Source: an uncultured Christensenella sp.
GTDB lineage: Bacteria; Bacillota; Clostridia; Christensenellales; Borkfalkiaceae
Direction of reading: 5' to 3'
Assembly: GCA_949878495.1 (NCBI GenBank)
Contig: CATLAR010000001.1
Coordinates: 778-64,777 of the forward strand
DNA: 64,000 nt
The notes beneath the pieces are model-generated. The model had not been told where the DNA came from. It did not search any database and was given only the letters and a program-made list of their open reading frames with translations. Positions 49,291 to 58,534 of the stretch are shown one piece after another (the stretch's first letter is position 1; each line of letters begins with the position of its first letter). The translations under genes were made by a program, and so were the position numbers.

Positions 49291-50079
49291 ATTTTCGGTT
49301 TTAACCGCAGGTTTGCGGGCGTTTGTTTTCGGGGTTGCAAGTTTTGGTACGATTACTTTTTCCCAAAGCGCCAGCCCGCCCAGAGAGGCAAGTATGATCG
49401 CGGGACCTACAACGTACCAGGTCAGGAACGTGCCCGTAACAAGCGGCTGGAACAGATACATAGCTTCGGTGATGTAATCGCCGAGACAGTCGAGAATGAA
49501 CACGCCCCATACCGTGAGCACGCACATTCCCACGGGGAACGCAAAGAACTTTTTCAGGTTGAGTTTGACGTAGCCCGTCATAACCAACAAAACCGACGCG
49601 TAAAGGTCGATACTGTGGTGCAAAAGTCCCGTTATAGTCGGTACGTACACGAAACTGTTATGCTGACCCACGAAATTGGGATAAACGGTGACGAGCAGTC
49701 CGCCCCAGAACCCCGCGTACACGAGGCAGTGAAAAATAAGATGGTCGCGCTTTGCAAAAATCATACAAATAGCGTAAACCAGACTTATAACGCCGCAGAA
49801 AGTGTTGGGTACGAGCGCCCAGAGCGAATCGTAGAACCAGATGAGCGAAATTCTGTTTGCAAGTATTGCCGCAAGCAATACGCCGCCCACGCATTTGACG
49901 GTAATATCAACGCCTTTTTCGGTTTTTACCCGCTTGTTTATGTATATCAGCGTTCCCACGGCAAGCGCGATAAAAATTGCGAGATATACGATATGCTCCC
50001 AGCCGAACACCACCGGAACGGGTGGTTTGGGTAAGGGAGGCGGTTTTATTACCTTATTTGGAACATGTGCAAGTATCAT
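49288..50079 (-). CDS. Integral membrane protein (YwaF-like family suspected)
   Basis: 263 aa with seven or eight hydrophobic helices. Confidence 0.55.
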   Translation of the reverse strand: MILAHVPNKVIKPPPLPKPPVPVVFGWEHIVYLAIFIALAVGTLIYINKRVKTEKGVDITVKCVGGVLLAAILANRISLIWFYDSLWALVPNTFCGVISLVYAICMIFAKRDHLIFHCLVYAGFWGGLLVTVYPNFVGQHNSFVYVPTITGLLHHSIDLYASVLLVMTGYVKLNLKKFFAFPVGMCVLTVWGVFILDCLGDYITEAMYLFQPLVTGTFLTWYVVGPAIILASLGGLALWEKVIVPKLATPKTNARKPAVKTEN

Positions 50080-50108
50080 TTGTAACCACTCCTTTACGGT
50101 GACGGAGT

Positions 50109-51227
50109 TTAACCCTGATAAAGCGTGCTCTTAATCTCTTCCAGCTTGTAATTGAGCGTACCGAGGCTGTAAGCGAGGGGGGACGAAAGCGCTAAAAGCG
50201 TTGCGCGGCTCTTGTTGTTGCTCGCGTTCTTCACCGCCGCAAAAATATACTTTTGCGACACGCCGTTGAGTTCCCCGTTGTAAGTTACGCTTACGGAAAC
50301 CGCGCCGAGGGGCTTGACCTTGCCCTCGCCGTCCTTTTCCTCTTCGTACAGGTTTTTTCCGTCAAGAATATTTTTCAGACGCGCGTCTTCGTCCTCCGAG
50401 AAGGTCTCTTCCGCGCCTTTAAGCACATAGTTCTGCACGCCTGCGGCGGGAGAATATAAGCAGACTAATTGGCTTAAACTGCCGCCGAGCCTGTTAGCGC
50501 GCACTGCGATATCCAAAGACGCCACGTCGAAACAACTGCTCGCCGCGCCTTTAATGCCGTCTACGGTCTTTTCGGTTTTGTTCGCGCCGTCTACGGTGAC
50601 CGTTTTCGCCGTGTTCCCGTCGTATGAGTAATAGGTCGTTATTTCGCAGTCGACCGTAACGTAAGCGTCGTCAAGCGAGGTCGCCTGAAACTCCGCGGGA
50701 GTGGAGCTTTTAATCTCCTCGCGCGAGTAAAGGGGGCGCAGGAAGTCTTCCGCGGACAGAAAATAGCATTCCGTAACCACTCTGTCGCCTTCGAGTTCGC
50801 GGGGCTGGCCGCCTACGGTGAAAGTCACTTTTTCGAACGTAAGCTCCGTTCTGTAATAGTAAGTTACGATATCGTCGGGGTACGCTTCGGCAAAGTCTGC
50901 GTGCGCGTACGCGTTTTTGTCGAATTTAACGGCTTTGAATAAAGTCGTGTACTTGCCGCCCGTATAGTCCACCGAATAGCTCGTGTTCGTGGCGGTCGTC
51001 TTGTCGTGGACAACGCTGTAAACGGCTTCTTCCGCCGAGAAAGGCTCGTTGCCTTCGGTGAAAGTCGGTTGGATTTTTTTATAGTTAGTGTTGGCGTACC
51101 AATTCGAATTGAGGGGGACGAGACTGGTCGTCGCGCCGCCGCAACCGGCGCAGCCCGTGCAGCCGGAGATTAAAGCCAATGCGCCCGCGGCAACCGCAGC
51201 CGCCGTTACGCGATAGCGTTTCTTCAT
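50109..51227 (-). CDS. Hypothetical lipoprotein
   Basis: Signal peptide with a lipobox (ALISGC). 372 aa. Confidence 0.6.
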   Translation of the reverse strand: MKKRYRVTAAAVAAGALALISGCTGCAGCGGATTSLVPLNSNWYANTNYKKIQPTFTEGNEPFSAEEAVYSVVHDKTTATNTSYSVDYTGGKYTTLFKAVKFDKNAYAHADFAEAYPDDIVTYYYRTELTFEKVTFTVGGQPRELEGDRVVTECYFLSAEDFLRPLYSREEIKSSTPAEFQATSLDDAYVTVDCEITTYYSYDGNTAKTVTVDGANKTEKTVDGIKGAASSCFDVASLDIAVRANRLGGSLSQLVCLYSPAAGVQNYVLKGAEETFSEDEDARLKNILDGKNLYEEEKDGEGKVKPLGAVSVSVTYNGELNGVSQKYIFAAVKNASNNKSRATLLALSSPLAYSLGTLNYKLEEIKSTLYQG

Positions 51228-51339
51228 AAATCTTCCTTTATTTATATTGAAATTATAAAAGCATTATAACACACCAAAATAAATTTGTAAAAAGTTTTAC
51301 GCCGAAAATCTGTAATTTGCGCTTAATATATGTTATAAT

Positions 51340-54300
51340 ATGCCTATGATTTACGCGGTAAACTGCGCGGCGCTTTCGCTTGCGCTGGACGAACTTAAAA
51401 AAACGGTAGTAAAAAACAGAGCCGACGGCGTCAGAACAATCGTCTTTTGCGAGGACAGGCTGACTCTCGCCGCCGAACGCACGGTCTGCGCCGCGCTCGG
51501 CGGCACGTTCACTGCATCCGTCTATACGCTCGCCCGTTTTCTGTCCACGGAGCTGGGGAAACCCGAAAACGTGCTTTCGGGGCAGGGTTCGGCAATGGCG
51601 GTGCGCAAAATCATAGAAGAGCGCAAGAACGAACTGACGCTGTTCAAGCGGCTTTCGTACGCTTCGGCAGCGCAGCAGGTTTACGACACTATCGCGCTTT
51701 TGTACTCGTCGCGGGTGAGCGCGGAGGACGCGGCTAAAGCCGCGGAAAGCGGCGGACTGCTCGGCGGGAAACTTCACGATCTCGCCGTAATCTACTCGGC
51801 GTATACGAAATATTTGAAAGAAAGCGGGTTCGAGGACAGAAACGCGTACTTGCGCAAGCTCGCGCCGATAATAGAAAAAAGCCCTAAAATAAAGGACGCG
51901 TGCGTGGTCTTTCTCGGCTTTCAGGCGTTTACCAACACTTCGGGCGAATGTGTGCGCGCGGCTATGAAAACCGCGACGGAAGTCCGCGGACTGTTCATCG
52001 GCGGCGCGGAGGACGTTTACGTCAACGAGGCGGGCGCGGCGTTTATAGGCTATTCCCGCGAGTTCGGCGGCGTAAAAATAAGCGCGCGGACGGACGGACT
52101 GTGCGTCGAAGCCGACGCGTTTAGGCGGGGCGTTTTCAACCCCGAAAGTTTTTATCTCGACCCGTTGCCGACCGATAAGGTAAGCATTTTCGAGGCGGCG
52201 GATTTCGAAGAAGAGCTGGAGTTTATAGCCGCAAGCATTAAAAAACACGTAATCGACGGGGGCGAGAGATACGCAAAAATTTCCGTAATGCTCCCCGATA
52301 TAGCCGCGGGCGAAAGGTCGCTCGCCCGCGTTTTCGCAAGATACAATATCCCGTATTATGCCGACAGACAGCTTACGCTTGCCGAGCACCCGCTGTGCGC
52401 GTTCCTTACGGGCTTTCTCGCGTGCGTTACCGCGGGTTGCAGGTTCTCCGACGTGGACGGGGTTATCGCCTCGCCCTACTTCCCCGCGGAAAGGCGGGAC
52501 AAAGACGTTTTCCGCAACTATCTTTTGCGGCTTGCCAACTCCCGCGGCGGCGTTAAAAAAACGCCCGACGCGGACGTTCTGGAAAACTTCGGGTTCAGTG
52601 AAAAAGTCGTTTCGTCGGTGCGCGAAACGTTTTTGAAGGGCTTGGACATTTTCAACGTAAAGGGCGGTATTCGCGGTATATGCAGGGGGCTGATCGCGCT
52701 TTTAGAGGTATACGGCGTGCAGGATACCCTTCTGAAAACCGCCGAAAAGTACGCCGACGTCAAGCCCGCGGCGGCGCAGTTCGGCGCGCGCGCATACGAA
52801 AGCGTGAATGCCGTAATCACCGAGGCGCAGAGCGTCTGCCCCGACGACACTCCCGTCTCCGAGTTCGTAAAAATACTTAGAAGCGGGTTCGCCGCCGCCA
52901 AAATTTCGCTTATCCCGCCCAAGTCCGACGCCGTTTTCGTCGGCGATTTGTCGGCTACGGCGAATACCGGTTCAAACGTTGTGTTCGCGGCGGGGCTTAC
53001 GGGTGAAGTGCCTTCGGCAAGCCCGGACACTTCGCTTTTAACCGACAGGGAAATATCGGCGCTCGAAGGCGTAAACCTCAATATATCCCCCAAGATAAGG
53101 CAGGTAAACGCCCGCCGTAACGAAACTTGCGCGCTGAATCTCTGCGCGTTCAAGGACAAACTTTACCTGTCTTATCCCGCGGGCGACGGCGGCGCGAGCG
53201 AGATTATCGACTACGCCCGCGCGGTTTTCGCAACACCTAAGGGCACGAAGATAGAGAGCTTCGATATGAAGCGGCTGAAAAGAACGGGGCGCGCCGTGCC
53301 CTATTATTGCAGCGAAAAACTGCCCGCACTGAGGTACTTGCGCAGAGAGCCGGACTCGCGTTTTGCCGCCGCGGTTTACGAAGTGCTGTGCGAAAAGGGC
53401 TACGGCGAAGAAGCCGCGCTCGCGCTCAAAAAACCCGTTAAACGGGGCATATCCTGCGGTCTGAGACTGTATTTAAAGAACGGAAGCCTGTCGCCTACCG
53501 CGCTTGAAACGTATTTTTCGTGCCCGTATTTAAGTTTTATGCGGCAAGGTCTTAAAGTGTGCGAGCGCGAAGAGGGAGCGGTGCGCCCCGTCGACGCGGG
53601 CAACTTTATACACGCCGTTTTGCAGGACGTGGCAAAAGCGACGGGCAGTATCGAAAGCGCCGAAAAGTTAGAAAAACTTGCCGGCGAGATTGCGGCGGAC
53701 AAACTGTCGAAACCGCCGTACTCGGCGCTGTCGTTTACCAAAAGCGGTCAGTATATCGCAGGCGGGCTGATTGACGAGGCGGTCAAAGTCTGCGGCGGTA
53801 TGTACGAACAGCTCGTCAATTCGTCGTTTAAGGTCACGGGCGTGGAAACGCCCTGCGAGATAAAGCTTTCGGGCGGGGTGGGCGTTTACGGGCGCATTGA
53901 CCGCGTGGACGAAAGCGACGGGCTGGTCAGGGTCGTGGATTATAAGACGGGCGCGATCGACGGCTCGCCCGCCAAGTATTATGCGGGGCTGAAATTACAG
54001 TTACAGCTCTACCTTTTGTCGGCTTCGGCGGGCAAACGTCCCGTCGGCGCGTACTATTTCCCCGCGGCGGTGGAGTACCGAGAAAAAGAGGACGGTGTGT
54101 TCCGCCTTACGGGCTTTATGGACGCGAGCGACGAGGTTGTTTCGGCTTCCGACAGCAACGTAAAGGAAAAGAGCAAGAGCGCGTATATCAACGCCTACTA
54201 CCGCGCCGCGCAGAAGAGCGACGGGGCCATGGCGCGGGAAGATTTTACCGATTTTCTCGAATACGCGTATCTCGTAGCCGACGGCGGCGCGCGGGAAATG

Positions 54301-54498
54301 CTGGGCGGGAACGTCACGCCGTCGCCCGCTAAGGACGTGTGCAAGTACTGCAAGGCGGGCGGAAGTTGCGGCGTTGAGCTTACGGAAGTTGGCGAGCGCA
54401 AGCAAAAGTCCGTTAAATGTTCGCAAATAGCGCAGATAGCAAGAAAGAAAAGGGAGGAAGGCGAATGCAACTCACCGACGAACAAGCTCGGGCGATAG
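51340..54498 (+). CDS. addB: ATP-dependent helicase/deoxyribonuclease subunit B
   Basis: Size, position upstream of addA, and a C-terminal nuclease/Fe-S cysteine pattern (CPYLSF ... CKYCKAGGSCG). The extended -10 TGTTATAAT ends 1 nt before ATG 51340, so ATG 51346 may be a leaderless start. Confidence 0.85.
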   Translation: MPMIYAVNCAALSLALDELKKTVVKNRADGVRTIVFCEDRLTLAAERTVCAALGGTFTASVYTLARFLSTELGKPENVLSGQGSAMAVRKIIEERKNELTLFKRLSYASAAQQVYDTIALLYSSRVSAEDAAKAAESGGLLGGKLHDLAVIYSAYTKYLKESGFEDRNAYLRKLAPIIEKSPKIKDACVVFLGFQAFTNTSGECVRAAMKTATEVRGLFIGGAEDVYVNEAGAAFIGYSREFGGVKISARTDGLCVEADAFRRGVFNPESFYLDPLPTDKVSIFEAADFEEELEFIAASIKKHVIDGGERYAKISVMLPDIAAGERSLARVFARYNIPYYADRQLTLAEHPLCAFLTGFLACVTAGCRFSDVDGVIASPYFPAERRDKDVFRNYLLRLANSRGGVKKTPDADVLENFGFSEKVVSSVRETFLKGLDIFNVKGGIRGICRGLIALLEVYGVQDTLLKTAEKYADVKPAAAQFGARAYESVNAVITEAQSVCPDDTPVSEFVKILRSGFAAAKISLIPPKSDAVFVGDLSATANTGSNVVFAAGLTGEVPSASPDTSLLTDREISALEGVNLNISPKIRQVNARRNETCALNLCAFKDKLYLSYPAGDGGASEIIDYARAVFATPKGTKIESFDMKRLKRTGRAVPYYCSEKLPALRYLRREPDSRFAAAVYEVLCEKGYGEEAALALKKPVKRGISCGLRLYLKNGSLSPTALETYFSCPYLSFMRQGLKVCEREEGAVRPVDAGNFIHAVLQDVAKATGSIESAEKLEKLAGEIAADKLSKPPYSALSFTKSGQYIAGGLIDEAVKVCGGMYEQLVNSSFKVTGVETPCEIKLSGGVGVYGRIDRVDESDGLVRVVDYKTGAIDGSPAKYYAGLKLQLQLYLLSASAGKRPVGAYYFPAAVEYREKEDGVFRLTGFMDASDEVVSASDSNVKEKSKSAYINAYYRAAQKSDGAMAREDFTDFLEYAYLVADGGAREMLGGNVTPSPAKDVCKYCKAGGSCGVELTEVGERKQKSVKCSQIAQIARKKREEGECNSPTNKLGR

Positions 54499-57400
54499 AG
54501 AGCGCGGGCAAGACCATAGTTTCGGCTTCGGCGGGCAGCGGCAAAACTTTCGTTATGATTGAAAAGCTCGTCCGCGCGGTTGAAAACGGCGTTGATTTAG
54601 ACGACGTGCTTGCCGTTACTTTCAGTAAAAAGGCAGCGGCGCAAATGAAAGAAAAATTGCGCGCCGCCATTATCAAGAGGCTGGAAAGCCCCGAATGCGA
54701 CCGTGCACGGCTGAAATTACAGCTTTCGAAAATTCCTTCGGCAAACGTTTCCACCATTCACTCGTTCTGCAACAGACTGCTTCGCACGTATTTTTACGCG
54801 CTTGGTATCGACGCGGGCTTTGACATAATTTCCGCGGACGACGCCGTAGCCTCCGCTCTGAAAAAGCGCGCGCTCGACGCCGTGTTCGAAAGGCGCTACG
54901 AGAACGGCGACGGCGATTTTATGCATTTGCTCGACTGCTATATGAAAAAGCGCAGCGACAACGCCCTGCGGGGAATCGTGCTTTCGGCGCATACGGCGGT
55001 ACGCGCTACCGCAAGGTACGAAAAACTGCTTGAAAAAATGCCCGCCCTGTATACGGACGAGGGCTTCGAAAGAGTGTGCGCCGAGTACTGCGCCGCGCTT
55101 AAACCCAAATATCTTGCATTGGCGCAAGCCGTTAAAAATTTCCGCGCGGGCTTCCCCGTTACGCGCAAAGACGGCGTTTACAAAAAGATTTTCGACGAAC
55201 TCGAAGTCTTGCTTTTGCTTGCGGCAGACGCGAAACTGTTCGAAAAGCCCGCGTTCGCCGTTACAGCCAAACCGCGCGACTGCGAAGAGGACAAAGCGGC
55301 GGGCGAAGAATTCAAGGCGTTTAAAGACGGCGTTGCAAAGAGATACCGCACCCTTTTAAAGGACCTCGAGAGCGAGGACGCCGAGCGCGTAAAATTCTTC
55401 AAAAGCGGCGTTACCGCGTGCGCGTTTGGGGGGCTTTTGCTTGAATTCGACCGCGAATATGCCGCGGTTAAACGCGAAGAGAACAAACTTGACTACAACG
55501 ATTTGGAGCATCTGACCCTGCGGCTTTTGGAGGACGAAAACGTTCGCGAAGAGATTTGTTCGGGTTTTAAATACGCGTTCGTCGACGAATATCAGGACGT
55601 AAACCCCGTGCAGGAAGAAATCGTTTCCTCGCTCGTCGGCGACAGCTTTTTCGTAGGCGACGTCAAACAGGCTATTTACGGGTTCCGCGGCAGTAAATCG
55701 GTGTTCTTTTCAAAGAAATACGCAAGCTTCGAAGAGGGCGCGGGCGCCGCGCTTAAACTCAGTAAAAACTTCCGCAGCAGCGACGGCGTGTTGTCATTCG
55801 TGAACAGGCTTTTCTCGCGGATAATGCGCGGGGATACGTTCGGAATCGATTACGAAAAGGATGCGCAAATGCAGTTCGGCGGGCTATATCCCGAGGGCTA
55901 CGGCTCGGCGGAGCTGCATATATTCGGCGGAGAAGAGGAGGAAGAAACCCTTCCGGACGTCTATTCCGTCCGCGCGGACGACAGGCGCAATGGGCACACG
56001 CGCGAAGGGCTTGCAGTGCTCGAGTTGGTAAAAAGAGAGCTTAGCGGCAAGCATTACGACCTTAAAAAGGGAGATTTCGTGGACACGCAGGCGGGGGATA
56101 TATGCATTCTTACGCGCAAGAACAAGGGGGAGTCCACGGAGGGGATTATCCGCGCGCTTACCGACGCGGGTTACTCGGTTGCGGGCGCGCAGGACGGGAA
56201 TATCTGCACGCTGCCCGAGGTAAAGCAAACGCTCGATATTCTGTCGCTTATCGACGACGCCGAGCAGGATATACCTCTCGTGACCGCGCTGTTATCGCCG
56301 CTCGGCGGGTTCACCGACGACGAGCTTGCCGAAATACGCATTACTGCGGACGGCAGGGCTTCGGCAAAGGAAAAATCGCGCGTGCCGTTCCGCGAATGCT
56401 GTAAAAAATACCTGCTGCTGCGCGGCGGGCTTGCGGCGCGGCTTGCGGCGTTTTACGACAGGCTGGACGAGCTTCGCGGGCTGTCGGACATACTCACCGC
56501 AGGCGAGCTTATCGACGAATTGCTGGAAAATTACGGGCTTGATTCGGCGTACGGCGAGGGCGGCGAGCGCAAAATCAAAAACGTTTTAAGGCTGGGGGAA
56601 GAGGGCGCGAATCTCACTCTCGCCGCGTTCCTTGCAAAAATCAAAGACGGCGGCTACAACGTCAAGGCGGCGGGCGGCGCGGCTTCGGACAGCGTTAAAA
56701 TAATGACGATGCACGCTTCGAAGGGGCTGGAATTTCCCGTCGTTATAATCGCCGATATCTGCCGCACTTTCAAGGGCGCGGATTACGAGGAAATGCCCTT
56801 CGATAACGACTTCGGTTTCGCGCCGAAATGCTACGACAAGAGCACTATGCTCGTCGGCAAGACTCTGCTTCGGACTCTCGCCAAAAAGCGCGCCGACGGC
56901 GAGGAACTCAAAAACGAACTCAACCTCTTTTACGTCGCGTGCACGCGCGCTATGTGCAAACTGCATATCCTCGCCGAGGAAGTACCGCAGTTCGACGAAA
57001 CGGCGGTGACCGAAGCCAGGCGTTACGCCGACCTGTTCGATTTGAACGCGTTTTCGCCGACCGTGCTCGAGGTGGGCGACGTTAAAAGCGAAGCCGCGCA
57101 AACGGGTGTAATGCCGCCCGTAGACGGCGAATTGGTCGACGCCGTGCGCGCCCGCTTTATGCAGCCCTACGAACACGCCGACAGCGTGGACTTGCCCGTC
57201 AAAAGCTCGGCTTCGGCGATACTTCGGCTCACTCTCGAAGAACCCGTGCACCGCGAGCGCGCGCTTTTCGGCGGCGAGGGGGAAACGGGTACCGACCGCG
57301 GCGTGGCTTACCATAGGTTTCTGGAACTTTGCGACTTTTCCGTGCGCGACGGCTCGGGTGTGGAAAAACAGCTTAACGCGTTCGTCGAGGGCGGGCTGAT

Positions 57401-57788
57401 GACGGAAAAACAGCGTGCGCTCGTTTCCGTCGAAGAGTTGTGCGAAATACTCGCAATGCCCGTGTTTGACGAAACGCACGGTGCGGAAATTTACCGCGAG
57501 CAGGAGTTTTTATGCCGAATGCCCGCGTGCGAAGCGCTCGATACTGCGGCTACGGATTACGTGCTTATTCAGGGCGCAATCGACCTTTTAATAAGAAAGG
57601 GCGATAAGGTTACTATCGTAGATTACAAGTATTCGAACAAGTCTGCGGAGGAGCTTGAAGCCGTTTATTGCCGACAGCTCGTCCTGTATAAAAAGGCCGT
57701 AAAACTCGTCTGGGGCAGGGAAATCACGGGCGTGCGCCCGGTCATAATAAATATCAAACGCAGATACGCCGTTGAGTTGGATAAGTGA
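54465..57788 (+). CDS. addA: ATP-dependent helicase/nuclease subunit A (UvrD/REP superfamily 1)
   Basis: LTDEQARAI, Walker A ASAGSGKT, DEYQDVNPVQ, and a C-terminal PD-(D/E)xK region (IVDYK). Confidence 0.9.
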   Translation: MQLTDEQARAIESAGKTIVSASAGSGKTFVMIEKLVRAVENGVDLDDVLAVTFSKKAAAQMKEKLRAAIIKRLESPECDRARLKLQLSKIPSANVSTIHSFCNRLLRTYFYALGIDAGFDIISADDAVASALKKRALDAVFERRYENGDGDFMHLLDCYMKKRSDNALRGIVLSAHTAVRATARYEKLLEKMPALYTDEGFERVCAEYCAALKPKYLALAQAVKNFRAGFPVTRKDGVYKKIFDELEVLLLLAADAKLFEKPAFAVTAKPRDCEEDKAAGEEFKAFKDGVAKRYRTLLKDLESEDAERVKFFKSGVTACAFGGLLLEFDREYAAVKREENKLDYNDLEHLTLRLLEDENVREEICSGFKYAFVDEYQDVNPVQEEIVSSLVGDSFFVGDVKQAIYGFRGSKSVFFSKKYASFEEGAGAALKLSKNFRSSDGVLSFVNRLFSRIMRGDTFGIDYEKDAQMQFGGLYPEGYGSAELHIFGGEEEEETLPDVYSVRADDRRNGHTREGLAVLELVKRELSGKHYDLKKGDFVDTQAGDICILTRKNKGESTEGIIRALTDAGYSVAGAQDGNICTLPEVKQTLDILSLIDDAEQDIPLVTALLSPLGGFTDDELAEIRITADGRASAKEKSRVPFRECCKKYLLLRGGLAARLAAFYDRLDELRGLSDILTAGELIDELLENYGLDSAYGEGGERKIKNVLRLGEEGANLTLAAFLAKIKDGGYNVKAAGGAASDSVKIMTMHASKGLEFPVVIIADICRTFKGADYEEMPFDNDFGFAPKCYDKSTMLVGKTLLRTLAKKRADGEELKNELNLFYVACTRAMCKLHILAEEVPQFDETAVTEARRYADLFDLNAFSPTVLEVGDVKSEAAQTGVMPPVDGELVDAVRARFMQPYEHADSVDLPVKSSASAILRLTLEEPVHRERALFGGEGETGTDRGVAYHRFLELCDFSVRDGSGVEKQLNAFVEGGLMTEKQRALVSVEELCEILAMPVFDETHGAEIYREQEFLCRMPACEALDTAATDYVLIQGAIDLLIRKGDKVTIVDYKYSNKSAEELEAVYCRQLVLYKKAVKLVWGREITGVRPVIINIKRRYAVELDK

Positions 57789-57853
57789 CAAAAATAGCCG
57801 TATTTCGACTATATATGCCACTCAATTTGAATTAATATGGATATAATTAAGCT

Positions 57854-58489
57854 GTGTTTTCTCAGCTTATCGATACCGTTTATAAATTTATCAACGAAAT
57901 TGCTTTCGATACGCTCGTAGCGTACGTCTGGGGCAGTTACGGCGTGATTTTTCTTCTCACGCTGGGTTTAACTCTGTTTTCGGACAGAATAAAACGCGCA
58001 AGCAAACGCCCGTTTTTGTGTTTAACCAACGCATATGCGGGGGTCAATCTCGCGCTGTTTACAATGCGCTACGATTTTATCGCTTCCGTCGCGGCTTCCG
58101 CGCTGTTCTGGACGGCGGGGTACATTCTCTACGGTCTGGTATGCGTCTGCGCGTTCAAAAAGCGCGAAGCGGAACCCGTTTTCGTCCGTCAGACGGCGGT
58201 TACCGTACCCGTGCAACCCGCCGAGGTCAAACAGCCCGCGCGTTCCGCGCCGCCGCCCGCCGCACCCGCGCCGACGGTAAAAAACAGCGTCCGGCTTGAA
58301 CACGCTGTTTCGGTTACCGACAAACTGCTTACCAAAAACTTATCCAAGACGGACAGGCAGGAGCTGGAAAAGCTAAAAAACACGCTCGCCGTTTTGCAGA
58401 TTAAGGGCACGCTTACGCCCACCGAAACGGAGATACTAAACGACAATTTCAACGCGCTTTTAAAACTTATGGCAAAATACAACGTTTAA
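57854..58489 (+). CDS. Hypothetical membrane protein with a Pro/Ala-rich linker and a C-terminal helical domain
   Basis: Three hydrophobic helices. The GTG start is uncertain. Confidence 0.5.
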   Translation: MFSQLIDTVYKFINEIAFDTLVAYVWGSYGVIFLLTLGLTLFSDRIKRASKRPFLCLTNAYAGVNLALFTMRYDFIASVAASALFWTAGYILYGLVCVCAFKKREAEPVFVRQTAVTVPVQPAEVKQPARSAPPPAAPAPTVKNSVRLEHAVSVTDKLLTKNLSKTDRQELEKLKNTLAVLQIKGTLTPTETEILNDNFNALLKLMAKYNV

Positions 58490-58491
58490 AT

Positions 58492-58528
58492 AAAACCCGC
58501 GCCCCGATGCATCGGGGCGCGGGTTTTA
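58492..58528. terminator. Bidirectional terminator
   Basis: AAAACCCGCGCCCCGAT-gc-ATCGGGGCGCGGGTTTT. Confidence 0.9.
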
Positions 58529-58534
58529 TTTAAT